Source: a gamma proteobacterium SCGC AAA007-O20
GTDB lineage: Bacteria > Pseudomonadota > Gammaproteobacteria > PS1 > Pseudothioglobaceae
DNA length: 64,000 nt
Direction of reading: 5' to 3'
Assembly (NCBI GenBank): GCA_000213395.2
Contig: AFHY01000001.1
Coordinates: 22,227 to 86,226 of the forward strand
Shown: positions 39,502-49,930 of the stretch, piece by piece
Numbering within the stretch: the first letter of the stretch is position 1
How the letters are laid out: each line of letters starts with the position of its first letter
Notes under the pieces: model-generated
Seen by the model: only the letters and a program-made list of their open reading frames with translations
What the model was told of the DNA's origin: nothing
Database searches by the model: none
Position numbers and translations under genes: made by a program

Positions 39502-41970
39502 TTAGGCTCTAATCTTTTTATTTAAAGGATCATACATTGGCTTTATGGATACACTAGCTTTTTCTATAACGCCTTCAACCTCAATAGAATATTCGGCACT
39601 CAACAAATCTTCGTCACTTTCACCAGGTTTAGAGTCAATATAGCCCAATCCAACCGCTCCACCTAATGTATGTCCGTATGCTCCACTACTTAAATAGCCG
39701 ATTATCTCGCTATTCTTAAGAATAGGTTCGTTATGGTAGAGCATGACATCTGGATTAATTAACAGGAACTGCATTACCCTCTTCTCACAACCATTAGTTT
39801 GTTTTTTCTTTACAGCATCATAACCAATAAACTTTCCATATTTAGAAGGTTTTTTATCAGGTTTAACAACAAATCCAAGGCCCGCATCGAGTACATGATC
39901 TTCATCTGTTATGTCATGACCAAAATGTCTATAAGCCTTTTCAATACGACAACTATCTACAGAATGCATACCACAAAATTTCAAAGAAAATTTTTCTCCT
40001 ATTGACTCAATCAACTCAGCAATATAGTTAGAAAACTCTATTGGAAAATATAACTCCCATCCCAACTCACCAACATAGGTGATACGGTGTGCACGAACCA
40101 TAGCCATACCAATTTCTAGATTACAGACACTAGCAAATGGGAGATTTTCATTACTTAAATCAGTGTCTGTTAATGATTGTAAAAGTTCCCGTGAATTGGG
40201 ACCCATAATAGCTATACAACCTTCTGCACTTGTAGAATTAAATAAAGAGCAGTGTGCATCCTTAGGCATGTTCTTTTTTAGCCAGTTCATATCACGGGTA
40301 GCGCATAGCGTGCCACTTACAACAAGATAATCATCCACATCTAGGCGTGTAATTGTGACGTCAGCCTCAATTCCACCCTTTTTATTTAACCATTGCGTAT
40401 AAACAATTCTTCCAGTTGAAACATCAACATCGTTTGCGCAAATGAGTTGAAGATAATCCATTGCATCAGAGCCTTTGATTCTGATTTTGGAATAGGATGA
40501 CATTTCATACATGCCTACAGCTTCTCTGATAGATTGATGCTCTAATTTATGAAAGTCAAACCAATTCTGTTTTCCCCATGAATACTCATATTCAGCCTGA
40601 ACTTTACCAATCAAATTTTTTGGCACAAACCAGTTAGCTCTTTCCCATCCTGCTACCTCCCCAAAACAAGCACCACGATCTTTAAAGAATTGATACAGTG
40701 GTGTTCGACGAAGCTCTCTAGCAGTGCTATATTGATGATATGGGAAATGATTTTCGTATAGATAACCTAGCGTCTCCGTGACTCGGTTAGCTAGGTATAG
40801 TTTATTATTTTGGAATGGGTCGTTTCTTCTAATATCGACCTCCCATAAATCACAAGGAGGCTCACCTCCGATAATCCACTCAGCTAAATATTTACCAGCA
40901 CCACCTGCTGCTTGAATACCAATAGAATTGAATCCAGCAGCAACATAAAAGTTTTCAAGTTCAGGTGACTCTCCTATTTGGAAATTATCATCGGGCGTAA
41001 AGCTCTCTGGTCCATTAAAAAAGGTCTCAATGCCTAAGCTCTCCATTACCGGCAATCGATTCATAGCGAGCTCAAGATAAGGCATACAATGCTCTAAATC
41101 ATCCTGTATTTGGTCAAAGCTAAAATCTTCAGGAATACCATTTTGAGCCCATGGCTTAGCATTAGGCTCAAATAAACCAACCAATATTTTTCCAGCATCT
41201 TCTTTGTAATATGCAGACTCATCAGGAACCCTTACTACAGGCATATCACCTAAATCTGGAACGGATGAGGTTAGAAAATAAAAATGCTCACAAGCATGAA
41301 GAGGTACTGACACTCCAGCCATTTTTCCAACCTCTCTTGCCCACATTCCACCACAATTAACAACTACTTCAGATTGTATATCGCCTAACTCAGTTTGAAC
41401 ACCTTTGACTTTTCCATCTTCTTGATGGATTCCAGTCACTTTCACGTCTTCAAATATTTTTACTCCATTGTTTTTAGCGCCTTTAGCGAGAGCCATTGCA
41501 ACGTTTGCAGGATCAGCTTTACCATCTTTAGGAATCCATGCACCGCCAACAACATCATTCAAATTAAATAGATTAATTTTATCCTTGAGTTCTGAAGTTG
41601 ACAGTATCTGAACATCAACGCCATGTACTTTAGCTAGAGAAGCGTTTCTTTTAAATTCTTTTAGCCTTTCCTCATTAATTGCAAGACTCACAGAGCCTGT
41701 CCTGCGATACCCTGTTGCCATACCTGTTTCGGCTTCTAATGTCTCATAAAGGTTTCCTGAATATTGAACCATTTGAGTTAGGTTTAAAGATGAGCGCATT
41801 TGACCTACAAGTCCTGCAGCATGCCATGTGGTTCCAGAGGTAAGTTTTTTTCGCTCTAAAAGGACAATATCAGTGTAGCCAAGTTTGGAAAGATGATAAG
41901 CTACCGAGCAGCCAACAACTCCACCCCCAATAATTACAACTTGTGCCTTCTTAGGCAATATATCAGACAT
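39502..41970 (-). CDS. GcvT-family FAD/THF-dependent oxidoreductase (sarcosine/dimethylglycine dehydrogenase-like)
   Basis: IIGGGVVG, SGTTWHAAG, NGPESFTPD, GWERANWF, YVGELGWEL, RIEKAYR. Confidence 0.9.
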   Translation of the reverse strand: MSDILPKKAQVVIIGGGVVGCSVAYHLSKLGYTDIVLLERKKLTSGTTWHAAGLVGQMRSSLNLTQMVQYSGNLYETLEAETGMATGYRRTGSVSLAINEERLKEFKRNASLAKVHGVDVQILSTSELKDKINLFNLNDVVGGAWIPKDGKADPANVAMALAKGAKNNGVKIFEDVKVTGIHQEDGKVKGVQTELGDIQSEVVVNCGGMWAREVGKMAGVSVPLHACEHFYFLTSSVPDLGDMPVVRVPDESAYYKEDAGKILVGLFEPNAKPWAQNGIPEDFSFDQIQDDLEHCMPYLELAMNRLPVMESLGIETFFNGPESFTPDDNFQIGESPELENFYVAAGFNSIGIQAAGGAGKYLAEWIIGGEPPCDLWEVDIRRNDPFQNNKLYLANRVTETLGYLYENHFPYHQYSTARELRRTPLYQFFKDRGACFGEVAGWERANWFVPKNLIGKVQAEYEYSWGKQNWFDFHKLEHQSIREAVGMYEMSSYSKIRIKGSDAMDYLQLICANDVDVSTGRIVYTQWLNKKGGIEADVTITRLDVDDYLVVSGTLCATRDMNWLKKNMPKDAHCSLFNSTSAEGCIAIMGPNSRELLQSLTDTDLSNENLPFASVCNLEIGMAMVRAHRITYVGELGWELYFPIEFSNYIAELIESIGEKFSLKFCGMHSVDSCRIEKAYRHFGHDITDEDHVLDAGLGFVVKPDKKPSKYGKFIGYDAVKKKQTNGCEKRVMQFLLINPDVMLYHNEPILKNSEIIGYLSSGAYGHTLGGAVGLGYIDSKPGESDEDLLSAEYSIEVEGVIEKASVSIKPMYDPLNKKIRA

Positions 41971-42006
41971 AATTAAAGTGAAACTAAAAAACTAAGAATT
42001 ATAAGG

Positions 42007-43275
42007 CTATTTGCCTTTCCAGGGTACTAGATAATTTTCTGCAATACGCATAAGAATATCTATAGAGTATCCTATCACACCAATCAGAACGATACCCATA
42101 ATAACTAGGTCGGTCATTTGAAATTTTGAAGCATTGATTATCATCATACCTGCACCCTTCTGAGCAGCAACAAGTTCAGCTGCGACAACGGTACCCCAGC
42201 AAACCCCCATAGATACACGAGCACCTGTAAATATCTCAGGTAGGCTATTTGGCACAATTACGAGTCTCATGATTTGTCGCTTTGAAGCCCCAAGAGAATA
42301 TGCAGCATGAATTTTACTAATCTTGACCCCAGAAACACCAGCTCTGGCAGAAATTGTCATAATCCAGAGTGATGCAAGAAAAAGCAATATAATCTTGCCC
42401 TCTTCACCAATCCCAAACCAGATAATTACCAGTGGAATAAGCGCTAACGGTGGTACTGGACGCATAAATTCGACGATCGGATCAAACCAGCCACGAAACC
42501 AGCCAGAAAGTCCCATCGCATATCCAAGAGGTATACCAATAAGAGCACCCAATAAAAATCCAACTACTACACGAAGAAGCGACCAACCAAGGTGCTCTGC
42601 CAAGCTAAAAGTTTTATAGCCTTCAGAGGCTACTATAACTAGTCTTGACCAAACGGCTTCAGGTGAAGGTAGCCAGATTGGTTGCATCTGCCAACCTTTT
42701 TCTGGAGTATAGCTCAGTGTTCCTTTAGCGGTCATATAGACCCGAGCATCATCTATAAAAACTTCTGAACTAGGGGAGATCTCCTGACCATCAATGGCAA
42801 TAACTTTATAACCATCCTCTTTACTACCAGTATCATTACGTTGTACTTTAATTAACCCACTTCGCCAAGCTACAATATTAGCAGTATCATTTTTTGCAAA
42901 TCCTGTGCCAGGGTCAATCTTCATTTTCTGAGGTGTTTTGCCTGACTGTATATCATAAACAGTAACAATAACTTGTGCATCATCGGTCTCACCCGCTGCA
43001 TTCATTGCGGTATAGGTAAAAGAAGTTTCACCAATAAATGGACCTGGCGCGTGAAACGGCATCAATTTTGAGCCTGTAAATGCCCCCCAAATCATAAAAA
43101 TAGCCAGAACCGAGATAATTGATGCGGGTCGGTTAGGTCTAACGGCGCTTTCATCGCCAAATGTTACAGTTTTAAGACTCGTATAGTCCTTCTGAGCAGT
43201 CATCATTTTTGTCACTAAATGAACTACATAAAAAGCGCTAATGAAAACAATAATATAGATTAGTAAAATGGCCAT
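42007..43275 (-). CDS. tauC: Taurine ABC transporter permease with inserted Ig-like domain
   Basis: WLPSP, EFMRPVPPLALIPL, AAYSLGAS, VAAEL. Confidence 0.88.
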   Translation of the reverse strand: MAILLIYIIVFISAFYVVHLVTKMMTAQKDYTSLKTVTFGDESAVRPNRPASIISVLAIFMIWGAFTGSKLMPFHAPGPFIGETSFTYTAMNAAGETDDAQVIVTVYDIQSGKTPQKMKIDPGTGFAKNDTANIVAWRSGLIKVQRNDTGSKEDGYKVIAIDGQEISPSSEVFIDDARVYMTAKGTLSYTPEKGWQMQPIWLPSPEAVWSRLVIVASEGYKTFSLAEHLGWSLLRVVVGFLLGALIGIPLGYAMGLSGWFRGWFDPIVEFMRPVPPLALIPLVIIWFGIGEEGKIILLFLASLWIMTISARAGVSGVKISKIHAAYSLGASKRQIMRLVIVPNSLPEIFTGARVSMGVCWGTVVAAELVAAQKGAGMMIINASKFQMTDLVIMGIVLIGVIGYSIDILMRIAENYLVPWKGK

Positions 43276-44078
43276 CAGTTGTTCTCCACTCTACCCATAA
43301 TTTCTTCTTCCATCTCCCAAATAATGGAAAGTATTTCATCTCGAGTTTCGATATATCCTTCAGATTTTTTGACTTCTCGAAGATCCATACCAGAGCCCAT
43401 TTCAGCATAAGGAAGTTTGTATTCTTTTAGGATTCTCCCAGGTCTTGGAGCCAATACCAGAAGTCTCTCGCCGAGCAAAACTGCTTCCTCGACGGAATGT
43501 GTTATCAGCATAATCGTCTTTCCTGTTTCTTTCCAGAGCTTGAGCACCAAACCTTGCATCTTTTCACGAGTTAGTGCATCCAACGCCCCCAAGGGCTCAT
43601 CCATCAAAATAACATCTGGATCATTTGCCAGACAGCGCGCTAAAGCAACACGTTGCTGCATTCCACCCGAGAGTTCGTAAACCGCTTTATCCTCGAAATC
43701 ACGAAGCCCGACCACTTCCAAAAGGTGCTGGACTTTTTCATTTTGCTCTGCTTTTGGCATACCCTTCATTCGTGGCCCAAAGGCCACATTTGAGCGTACA
43801 TTCATCCATTCAAAGAGCGCCCCCTGCTGGAAAACCATACCACGTTCAGCACCTGGTCCAATAACGGTCTGATCGTTGAGAACGACTTGCCCTTCAGTCG
43901 GAGCCAAAAAACCTGCAATAATATTTAAGAGTGTGGTTTTACCGCAACCTGATGGCCCTAGTACGGTAATAATTTGTCCCTCTTCGATTTCAAGAGATAT
44001 ATCTTTTAGTGCCTGAATTGATTTTCCATCTTTTAAATCAAAACGCATTGATATGTTTTCAATTGATAATCCCTTCAA
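43275..44078 (-). CDS. tauB: Taurine ABC transporter ATP-binding protein
   Basis: GPSGCGKTT, PGAERGMVFQ, LSGGMQQRV, DEPLGALDALTRE. Confidence 0.9.
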   Translation of the reverse strand: MKGLSIENISMRFDLKDGKSIQALKDISLEIEEGQIITVLGPSGCGKTTLLNIIAGFLAPTEGQVVLNDQTVIGPGAERGMVFQQGALFEWMNVRSNVAFGPRMKGMPKAEQNEKVQHLLEVVGLRDFEDKAVYELSGGMQQRVALARCLANDPDVILMDEPLGALDALTREKMQGLVLKLWKETGKTIMLITHSVEEAVLLGERLLVLAPRPGRILKEYKLPYAEMGSGMDLREVKKSEGYIETRDEILSIIWEMEEEIMGRVENN

Positions 44079-44100
44079 ATCAATCTCCGATGTTTTTTCA

Positions 44101-44135
44101 TAAAAAAAGGTGGCACACTAATAGTGCGCCACCTT
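44101..44135 (-). terminator. Hairpin plus U-tract between tauA and tauB
   Basis: Minus strand AAGGTGGCGCACTA-T-TAGTGTGCCACCTTTTTTT. Confidence 0.65.
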
Positions 44136-44190
44136 AAGTCTAACAGATACTTAGATATCAGACATTTATTTAAGTCCGATATTTAGTATT

Positions 44191-45186
44191 TTATTGGCTT
44201 GCTACTGTATTCAAACCATCCGTATTAACTGCACCTGCATATGAGCCACGTGCACTTGGGATTTCACCAGCATTAACAAAAACATCAGCTACACCCTTAA
44301 GGAAAGTTATTCCTGAACCGCCAAGCCATGCGCCTGATAGTTGTGAACTAACTGATGGGAATACAAATGTCGACATTGTGTCGGCAGTTGCAGCCTCATC
44401 CATACCAGCATCTCTTGCAATATGAGGAAGCATCAGTGAAGTAAATCCACCAGAATTCCACATAGCATTAGAAGCAGCAGTCACTCCCAAGAATGTCGCT
44501 AAAACTTCAGCGTTTTCATTAGCAAATTGTGCTGTTGTTGAAGTTACATCCCAAACCAGGATACCTAGCGCTGTTTTCTCTGCACCAGTTAAAAGCACAT
44601 TACCATGCTCTAAAGCACGGCGAAGTGATCCACCCCAGCCACAGAATACATCAACACTACCTTGAGCAAAAGCAGCTGCTCCTTCAGGTGGAGCCATATC
44701 AACAACATCCATTGAAGATACATCAACACCAAAATGACTCATCTGCTTTAAGTAACCGTAGTGAGCTGCAGTACCGATTGGTACAGAAACTTTTAATCCA
44801 GCTAACTCAGAAGCATTGCTTGCGTCAATTTCAAGAGCTGACGCTACAACACAGTTGTCATTGTCAGCATAGCTAACTGCTACGTCAACAATTTGCAAGT
44901 CTTGACCTGTAGAAGCTGCCACAATAAATGGTGGTACACCTTGACTTACAGAGATATCAATATCTCCAGAAGCCATAGCGGCTGACATTGCAGTACCAGT
45001 ACCGAAAGCACTCCAGTTTACTGTCATTCCTAAAGCTTCGTCATATGCACCAATTTGTTTTGCATATTCAAATGGCATAGGCCATTCTTCAAAGTAAGCA
45101 ACGTTTAACTCATCAAGAGCCATAACATTAACGGTAGCTATTGCACCGACAATCGTGGCTCCAATTTTTTTATAAAGACCTTTCAT
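44191..45186 (-). CDS. tauA: Taurine ABC transporter substrate-binding protein
   Basis: Start MKGLYKK after GAAGGAG; signal peptide; AYF.EWP, SQGVPPF, GTAAHY, GWGG. Confidence 0.88.
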   Translation of the reverse strand: MKGLYKKIGATIVGAIATVNVMALDELNVAYFEEWPMPFEYAKQIGAYDEALGMTVNWSAFGTGTAMSAAMASGDIDISVSQGVPPFIVAASTGQDLQIVDVAVSYADNDNCVVASALEIDASNASELAGLKVSVPIGTAAHYGYLKQMSHFGVDVSSMDVVDMAPPEGAAAFAQGSVDVFCGWGGSLRRALEHGNVLLTGAEKTALGILVWDVTSTTAQFANENAEVLATFLGVTAASNAMWNSGGFTSLMLPHIARDAGMDEAATADTMSTFVFPSVSSQLSGAWLGGSGITFLKGVADVFVNAGEIPSARGSYAGAVNTDGLNTVASQ

Positions 45187-45390
45187 TTTCTCTCCTTCAT
45201 AATTTGAAAAAAAATCACATTTAACTATAACCATCAAAAAAATGCTTTCTTTTTAGGAAAAAATTCACTAGAATCAATTAATAAATTGAAGTCATTTTTT
45301 TGTGTGGAAATGAAATAATACCATTTAATTGCTTATGATAAAACTCATTTGCAAGTTAGTTTAATTCAACTCACTAAATACTTCTAAACA

Positions 45391-45428
45391 ATATATAGAA
45401 CCAGAGTGAGAAAAATTAATAGTCCAGA
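45391..45428 (-). promoter_or_regulatory. Putative TauR binding site (tauA)
   Basis: ATATATAGAACCA-N10-AATTAATAGTCCAGA (plus strand); minus strand contains CTGGACTA. Confidence 0.75.
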
Positions 45429-45498
45429 TAAATAAATCTTAGTACTAGAGAACTGAAATTTATAGATAAAAATTTTTATGAATAAGTTTGAGTACTTT

Positions 45499-45927
45499 TT
45501 AATCGCTCAATTCAACACTACGAAGATCTTGTGCAATTTTATCCAATGATGTATTAATCAACTTATAAGCACCCTCTGCACCATAAAGTTTTGTTAACTC
45601 TACCGCTTCATTGATGACAACCTTATATGGAACTTCTGGCTGAAATTTAAGCTCATACACTCCCAAATACAAAATGGCTCGTTCAGTTGGTCCCAATTCA
45701 TCAACACCTCTATCAAGCGAAGGTTCAATTATTTCATCTAACAACGTAATATTTTTTGGGATATTTAGAAACAAATTAGAAAAATAAGATTTGGAGATTT
45801 TATATGGTGGGTATGGCTCGTCTCGATTTAAAAATTGTTCTTCAATTTTTACTAAGTCATCGCCCGATACAAGCCATTGATACAGCGCTTGAACTGCTCG
45901 TGCACGAGAAAGCTGTTTAGGGGTCAC
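45499..45927 (-). CDS. nusB: Transcription antitermination factor NusB
   Basis: [26 protein letters not shown]; follows ribH. Confidence 0.93.
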   Translation of the reverse strand: MTPKQLSRARAVQALYQWLVSGDDLVKIEEQFLNRDEPYPPYKISKSYFSNLFLNIPKNITLLDEIIEPSLDRGVDELGPTERAILYLGVYELKFQPEVPYKVVINEAVELTKLYGAEGAYKLINTSLDKIAQDLRSVELSD

Positions 45928-46385
45928 AATTGTTCAAGCAAATTTATCATTCTAATAGCGCTCTCTGCTGCTTCAGCACCTTTATTTCCAGAATTAGCAC
46001 CAGCACGATCAATTGCTTGCTCTACTGTATCAACCGTCAAAACACCAAAGGCAATAGGCACTTCTGAGTCTAATGAAACTTGTGAAATACCTTTCACACA
46101 TTCTCCAGCTACATATTCAAAATGAGGTGTTCCACCGCGTATTACAGCTCCTAAGGCGACAATACCATCATATTTACCACTATTAGCAATCTTTTTAAGA
46201 GCTAAAGGAATTTCAAAAGCTCCTGGTACATAAAAGAGTTCAATATCAGTCTCTTCTGCACCATGCTTTAATAAGGTGTCTTTAGAGCCATTAATTAAAT
46301 GTTCAACTACAAATGAATTAAATCGACCAGCAACAAGTGCAATTTTTTTATTCCTGATAGTTAAATCACCTTCGATAGTTTTCAA
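45924..46385 (-). CDS. ribH: 6,7-dimethyl-8-ribityllumazine synthase
   Basis: [31 protein letters not shown]. Confidence 0.96.
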   Translation of the reverse strand: MKTIEGDLTIRNKKIALVAGRFNSFVVEHLINGSKDTLLKHGAEETDIELFYVPGAFEIPLALKKIANSGKYDGIVALGAVIRGGTPHFEYVAGECVKGISQVSLDSEVPIAFGVLTVDTVEQAIDRAGANSGNKGAEAAESAIRMINLLEQL

Positions 46386-46389
46386 TTTT

Positions 46390-47466
46390 TTATAACTCCT
46401 TTGTATTTATGTATTCAGTAATATTTAAACCAAAACCTTCTAGTCCAGGCCACTTTCTCGGGTTTCCTAATGATTTCATATTTGTAACACCTAAATCAGC
46501 TAATATTTGAGCTCCAATTCCAAAAGTTCTACTATCATCAGTACTGCTATAGTCCTGGTTATCAATGTTTTCAAGAATAGCTTGGTTATCTTGTTTACGA
46601 AGAAGCAAAAAAACTCCAGTATCTACTTCAGATATTTTGTTCAATGCACTATTAATACTAAAGCCACGTTTAACTTCTTGTAAAACATCTTTAAAAATAT
46701 TTTCCATGTGAACTCTAACATAGGGCTCGCTTGATTTATCGATCACTCCCTTAACCAGCGCAATATGAATGTCGTTATGAATGCTGTCCAAATAAGAATA
46801 AAGATTAAACTTGCCATATTTAGTTTTAAAAGGTCTCTGGCTTATTCTCTCTATTGTTTTCTCGTTCTCTACTCGATAATGGATTAAGTCAGCAATTGTG
46901 CCAACCTTAATTCTATGTTTTTTCCCAAATTTTTCCAAATCACCACTTCTTGCCATAGATCCATCTTTATTTAATATTTCCACAATTACTGAGGAAGGTT
47001 CAAAGCCAGCTAATCGAGCTAAATCGCAACCAGCCTCTGTATGTCCAGCACGTATAAGAACCCCACCCTGCTGGGCCATTAATGGAAAGACATGTCCTGG
47101 TTGAATAATGTCAATTGGTTTTGCATCTTTAGCTACAGCATCGACAATAGTTTTGGCTCTGTCAGCAGCAGAAATCCCTGTCGTTACACCTGTAGCGGCT
47201 TCAATCGAAACTGTAAAGTTTGTTGAATGAAGGTCTCTATTTTGAGACACCATTAATGGAAGATTCAATTGCTGGCAACGTTCTTGCGTCAATGTTAAAC
47301 AAATCAAACCTCTACCATGAGTAGCCATAAAGTTAATATCTTCTTTGGTAATTTTTTCAGCGGCTATCAGCAAATCACCTTCATTTTCACGACTTTCATC
47401 ATCCATTAGGATGATCATCTTACCTTTCCTATAGTCATCTAGAAGTTTCTCAATTGTTACTTTCAT
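46390..47466 (-). CDS. ribB: DHBP synthase fused to a degenerate GTP cyclohydrolase II-like domain (RibBX-type)
   Basis: [29 protein letters not shown]; C-domain VRVH lacks the zinc cysteines. Confidence 0.9.
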   Translation of the reverse strand: MKVTIEKLLDDYRKGKMIILMDDESRENEGDLLIAAEKITKEDINFMATHGRGLICLTLTQERCQQLNLPLMVSQNRDLHSTNFTVSIEAATGVTTGISAADRAKTIVDAVAKDAKPIDIIQPGHVFPLMAQQGGVLIRAGHTEAGCDLARLAGFEPSSVIVEILNKDGSMARSGDLEKFGKKHRIKVGTIADLIHYRVENEKTIERISQRPFKTKYGKFNLYSYLDSIHNDIHIALVKGVIDKSSEPYVRVHMENIFKDVLQEVKRGFSINSALNKISEVDTGVFLLLRKQDNQAILENIDNQDYSSTDDSRTFGIGAQILADLGVTNMKSLGNPRKWPGLEGFGLNITEYINTKEL

Positions 47467-48104
47467 AGGTATCCATTTTTAATTAACAACGCCTTATCTA
47501 TCCTAGCACTAGTCTTGTGATTAAGTAACTGCTCTATATGTCTGGCAATTATATCTATCTCTATATTAACTTGTGAATTTACCTTTAATTCGTCAAGTGT
47601 TGTGACAGAAAAAGTATGAGGCACAATATTGACACCAAAAACATTGCCATCAATTTCGTTTACGGTCAAGCTAACGCCATTAATGCAAATCGAGCTTTTT
47701 TTTGCAATGTATTTTATCAAATTGTCGTCAGCCTTAATTTTCATACGCGTACTCTCCCCCTCAATAGCTATTGAGGTAACCTTCCCTACGCCATCAACAT
47801 GCCCACTCACAACGTGACCATCGATACCTTGATCAAGTCGTAATGACTTCTCTAAGTTGACACTTTGGCCTTTCTTTGATTGAGAAAATGTTGTGCAATT
47901 TAAGGTTTCTTGAGATACGTCAGCAGAAAAAGAATTATCATCAAGTTGGGTTACCGTTAAACACACTCCATTTACAGCAATACTGTCACCTATAGAGACC
48001 ATCGAAAGGTCTAATGAATTTGAATTAAGTACAAAAACTGCTCCCTTATTCGATGAACGAATTTCTTTGATGCTGCCTTGTGCCTGAATGATTCCTGTAA
48101 ACAT
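47463..48104 (-). CDS. ribE: Riboflavin synthase alpha chain
   Basis: MFTGII, GDSIAVNGVCLTV, GHVVSGHVDG. Confidence 0.95.
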   Translation of the reverse strand: MFTGIIQAQGSIKEIRSSNKGAVFVLNSNSLDLSMVSIGDSIAVNGVCLTVTQLDDNSFSADVSQETLNCTTFSQSKKGQSVNLEKSLRLDQGIDGHVVSGHVDGVGKVTSIAIEGESTRMKIKADDNLIKYIAKKSSICINGVSLTVNEIDGNVFGVNIVPHTFSVTTLDELKVNSQVNIEIDIIARHIEQLLNHKTSARIDKALLIKNGYL

Positions 48105-48223
48105 TTGTAATTTACCTTGATTTATTTGGATAAATTTTACGCTTAAACGCTATATTTAGCCTATTTAACCACTTAATTAAAGATTTAATAATCAATAGAT
48201 TTCATAGATACATATAATAAAAT

Positions 48224-49810
48224 TCACAATTGAGTCAACAAGTAGTCCTCATAATTACCAGAGTAATAATGCACACTATCTTCTTTAAGTTCAACAACTT
48301 TGGTTGACAAAGAAGAAACAAACTCTCTATCGTGGCTAACAAATATTAGTGTGCCTTTGTAATTATCAAGTGCAAGATTTAATGCTTCAATAGACTCCAT
48401 ATCCATGTGATTTGTTGGTTCGTCCATTAATAAAATGTTTGGCTTTTGTAGCATCAACCTTCCAAAAATCATGCGCCCTTTCTCGCCACCTGAAAGAGAC
48501 TTTACGGATTTCTTTATATCTTCCTTACCAAAAAGCATTTTGCCCAAGACAGAGCGCATCATCTGTATATCGTCTTTCTCATTTTTATATTGAGTCATCC
48601 AATCCAGTACACTAATATTCTTCTCAAAATCAGCATTGTGATCTTGAGCATAATAACCAATGTTAGCGTTTTCGCTCCATTTGGTTTTACCGCTGTCAGA
48701 TTCAAGTTCACCATATAAGGTTCTTAGTAGAGTAGTTTTACCGATACCGTTTTGACCAATGATTGCAACCCTTTCACCTGTCTCAATCATTAGATTAATG
48801 TCCTTTAGTACTTCTATGCTATCAAAACTTTTGTTGACGTTTTGAACCTCAAGAACATTTCTGAATAACTCCTTACTCTGATTAAAAATAATATACGGGC
48901 TAACGCGTGAAGATGGTTTGATATCATCGAGCTCAATCTTGTCAAGTTGCTTGAGTCTAGAGGTTGCTTGTCTTGATTTAGAGGCATTCGCTGAAAATCG
49001 TGATACAAAGTGCTTCAAATCTTTAATTTTTTCTTCTTTCTTAGCATTATCTGCTCTCATTCTTTCCTGAATAGCGGTCGCCACAATCATAAAGTTGTCG
49101 TAACTTCCAGGAAAAATATTCAACGCGCCATAGTCAAGATCAGCCATATGAGTGCAGACACCATTCAAAAAATGTCGGTCATGAGAAATAATCACCATGG
49201 TTGACTTTCGGGCACTCAATATACCTTCCAACCAGCGAATTGAGTTGATGTCTAGGTTATTCGTTGGCTCGTCTAATAGGAGTACATCCGGATCAGAAAA
49301 AAGGGCTTGGGCCAAAAGAACTCGTAATTTCCATCCAGGTGCAATTTCATTCATTAAACCGTAATGCTGTTCAAGGGGAATTTCAAGGCCTAGCAACAAT
49401 TCACTTGCCGAAGATTCTGCAGAATAACCATCCATCTCTGCAAACTGCATTTCCAATTCTGCTACCTTAATGCCATCCTCTTCACTCATTTCAGGGAGAG
49501 CATAAATACGATCTCTCTCTTCCTTTATTTTCCATAATTCCTTGTAGCCCATAATAACGGTATCAACCACACGATACTTTTCAAAAGCGAACTGATCCTG
49601 TGACAAAATACCGAGCCTTTGACCTGCACCAAACGTGACCGAACCATGAGTTGGCTTTAACTCTGCTGTCAATATTTTCATTAAAGTGGATTTACCACAA
49701 CCATTGGCACCAATCAACCCATAACGGTTGCCATCCTGAAATTTAACAGATATGTTTTCAAACAAAGGTTTTTCACCAAATTGCATGGTGATATTCGCAG
49801 TAGAAATCAT
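48224..49810 (-). CDS. ybiT: ABC-F family ATPase (YbiT-like)
   Basis: Two ABC domains (GANGCGKST; GQNGIGKTT), no TM segments; [15 protein letters not shown]. Confidence 0.88.
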   Translation of the reverse strand: MISTANITMQFGEKPLFENISVKFQDGNRYGLIGANGCGKSTLMKILTAELKPTHGSVTFGAGQRLGILSQDQFAFEKYRVVDTVIMGYKELWKIKEERDRIYALPEMSEEDGIKVAELEMQFAEMDGYSAESSASELLLGLEIPLEQHYGLMNEIAPGWKLRVLLAQALFSDPDVLLLDEPTNNLDINSIRWLEGILSARKSTMVIISHDRHFLNGVCTHMADLDYGALNIFPGSYDNFMIVATAIQERMRADNAKKEEKIKDLKHFVSRFSANASKSRQATSRLKQLDKIELDDIKPSSRVSPYIIFNQSKELFRNVLEVQNVNKSFDSIEVLKDINLMIETGERVAIIGQNGIGKTTLLRTLYGELESDSGKTKWSENANIGYYAQDHNADFEKNISVLDWMTQYKNEKDDIQMMRSVLGKMLFGKEDIKKSVKSLSGGEKGRMIFGRLMLQKPNILLMDEPTNHMDMESIEALNLALDNYKGTLIFVSHDREFVSSLSTKVVELKEDSVHYYSGNYEDYLLTQL

Positions 49811-49930
49811 GTACTTGGCTTAATTTTTAAAATGGAGCATTATCCCATATAGACTTAATCATAGCTCAACTTTTATCCTTCAGGATATCTAGTTAAACTT
49901 GTCCTTATTGAGTATAAAATACAGTTTAGG

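Noticed and set aside
46390-46900. Degenerate RibA domain as a pseudogene
   Set aside because: RibB fused to an inactive cyclohydrolase-like domain is a known proteobacterial arrangement
48105-48223. FMN riboswitch upstream of the rib operon
   Set aside because: Short AT-rich spacer without RFN consensus elements
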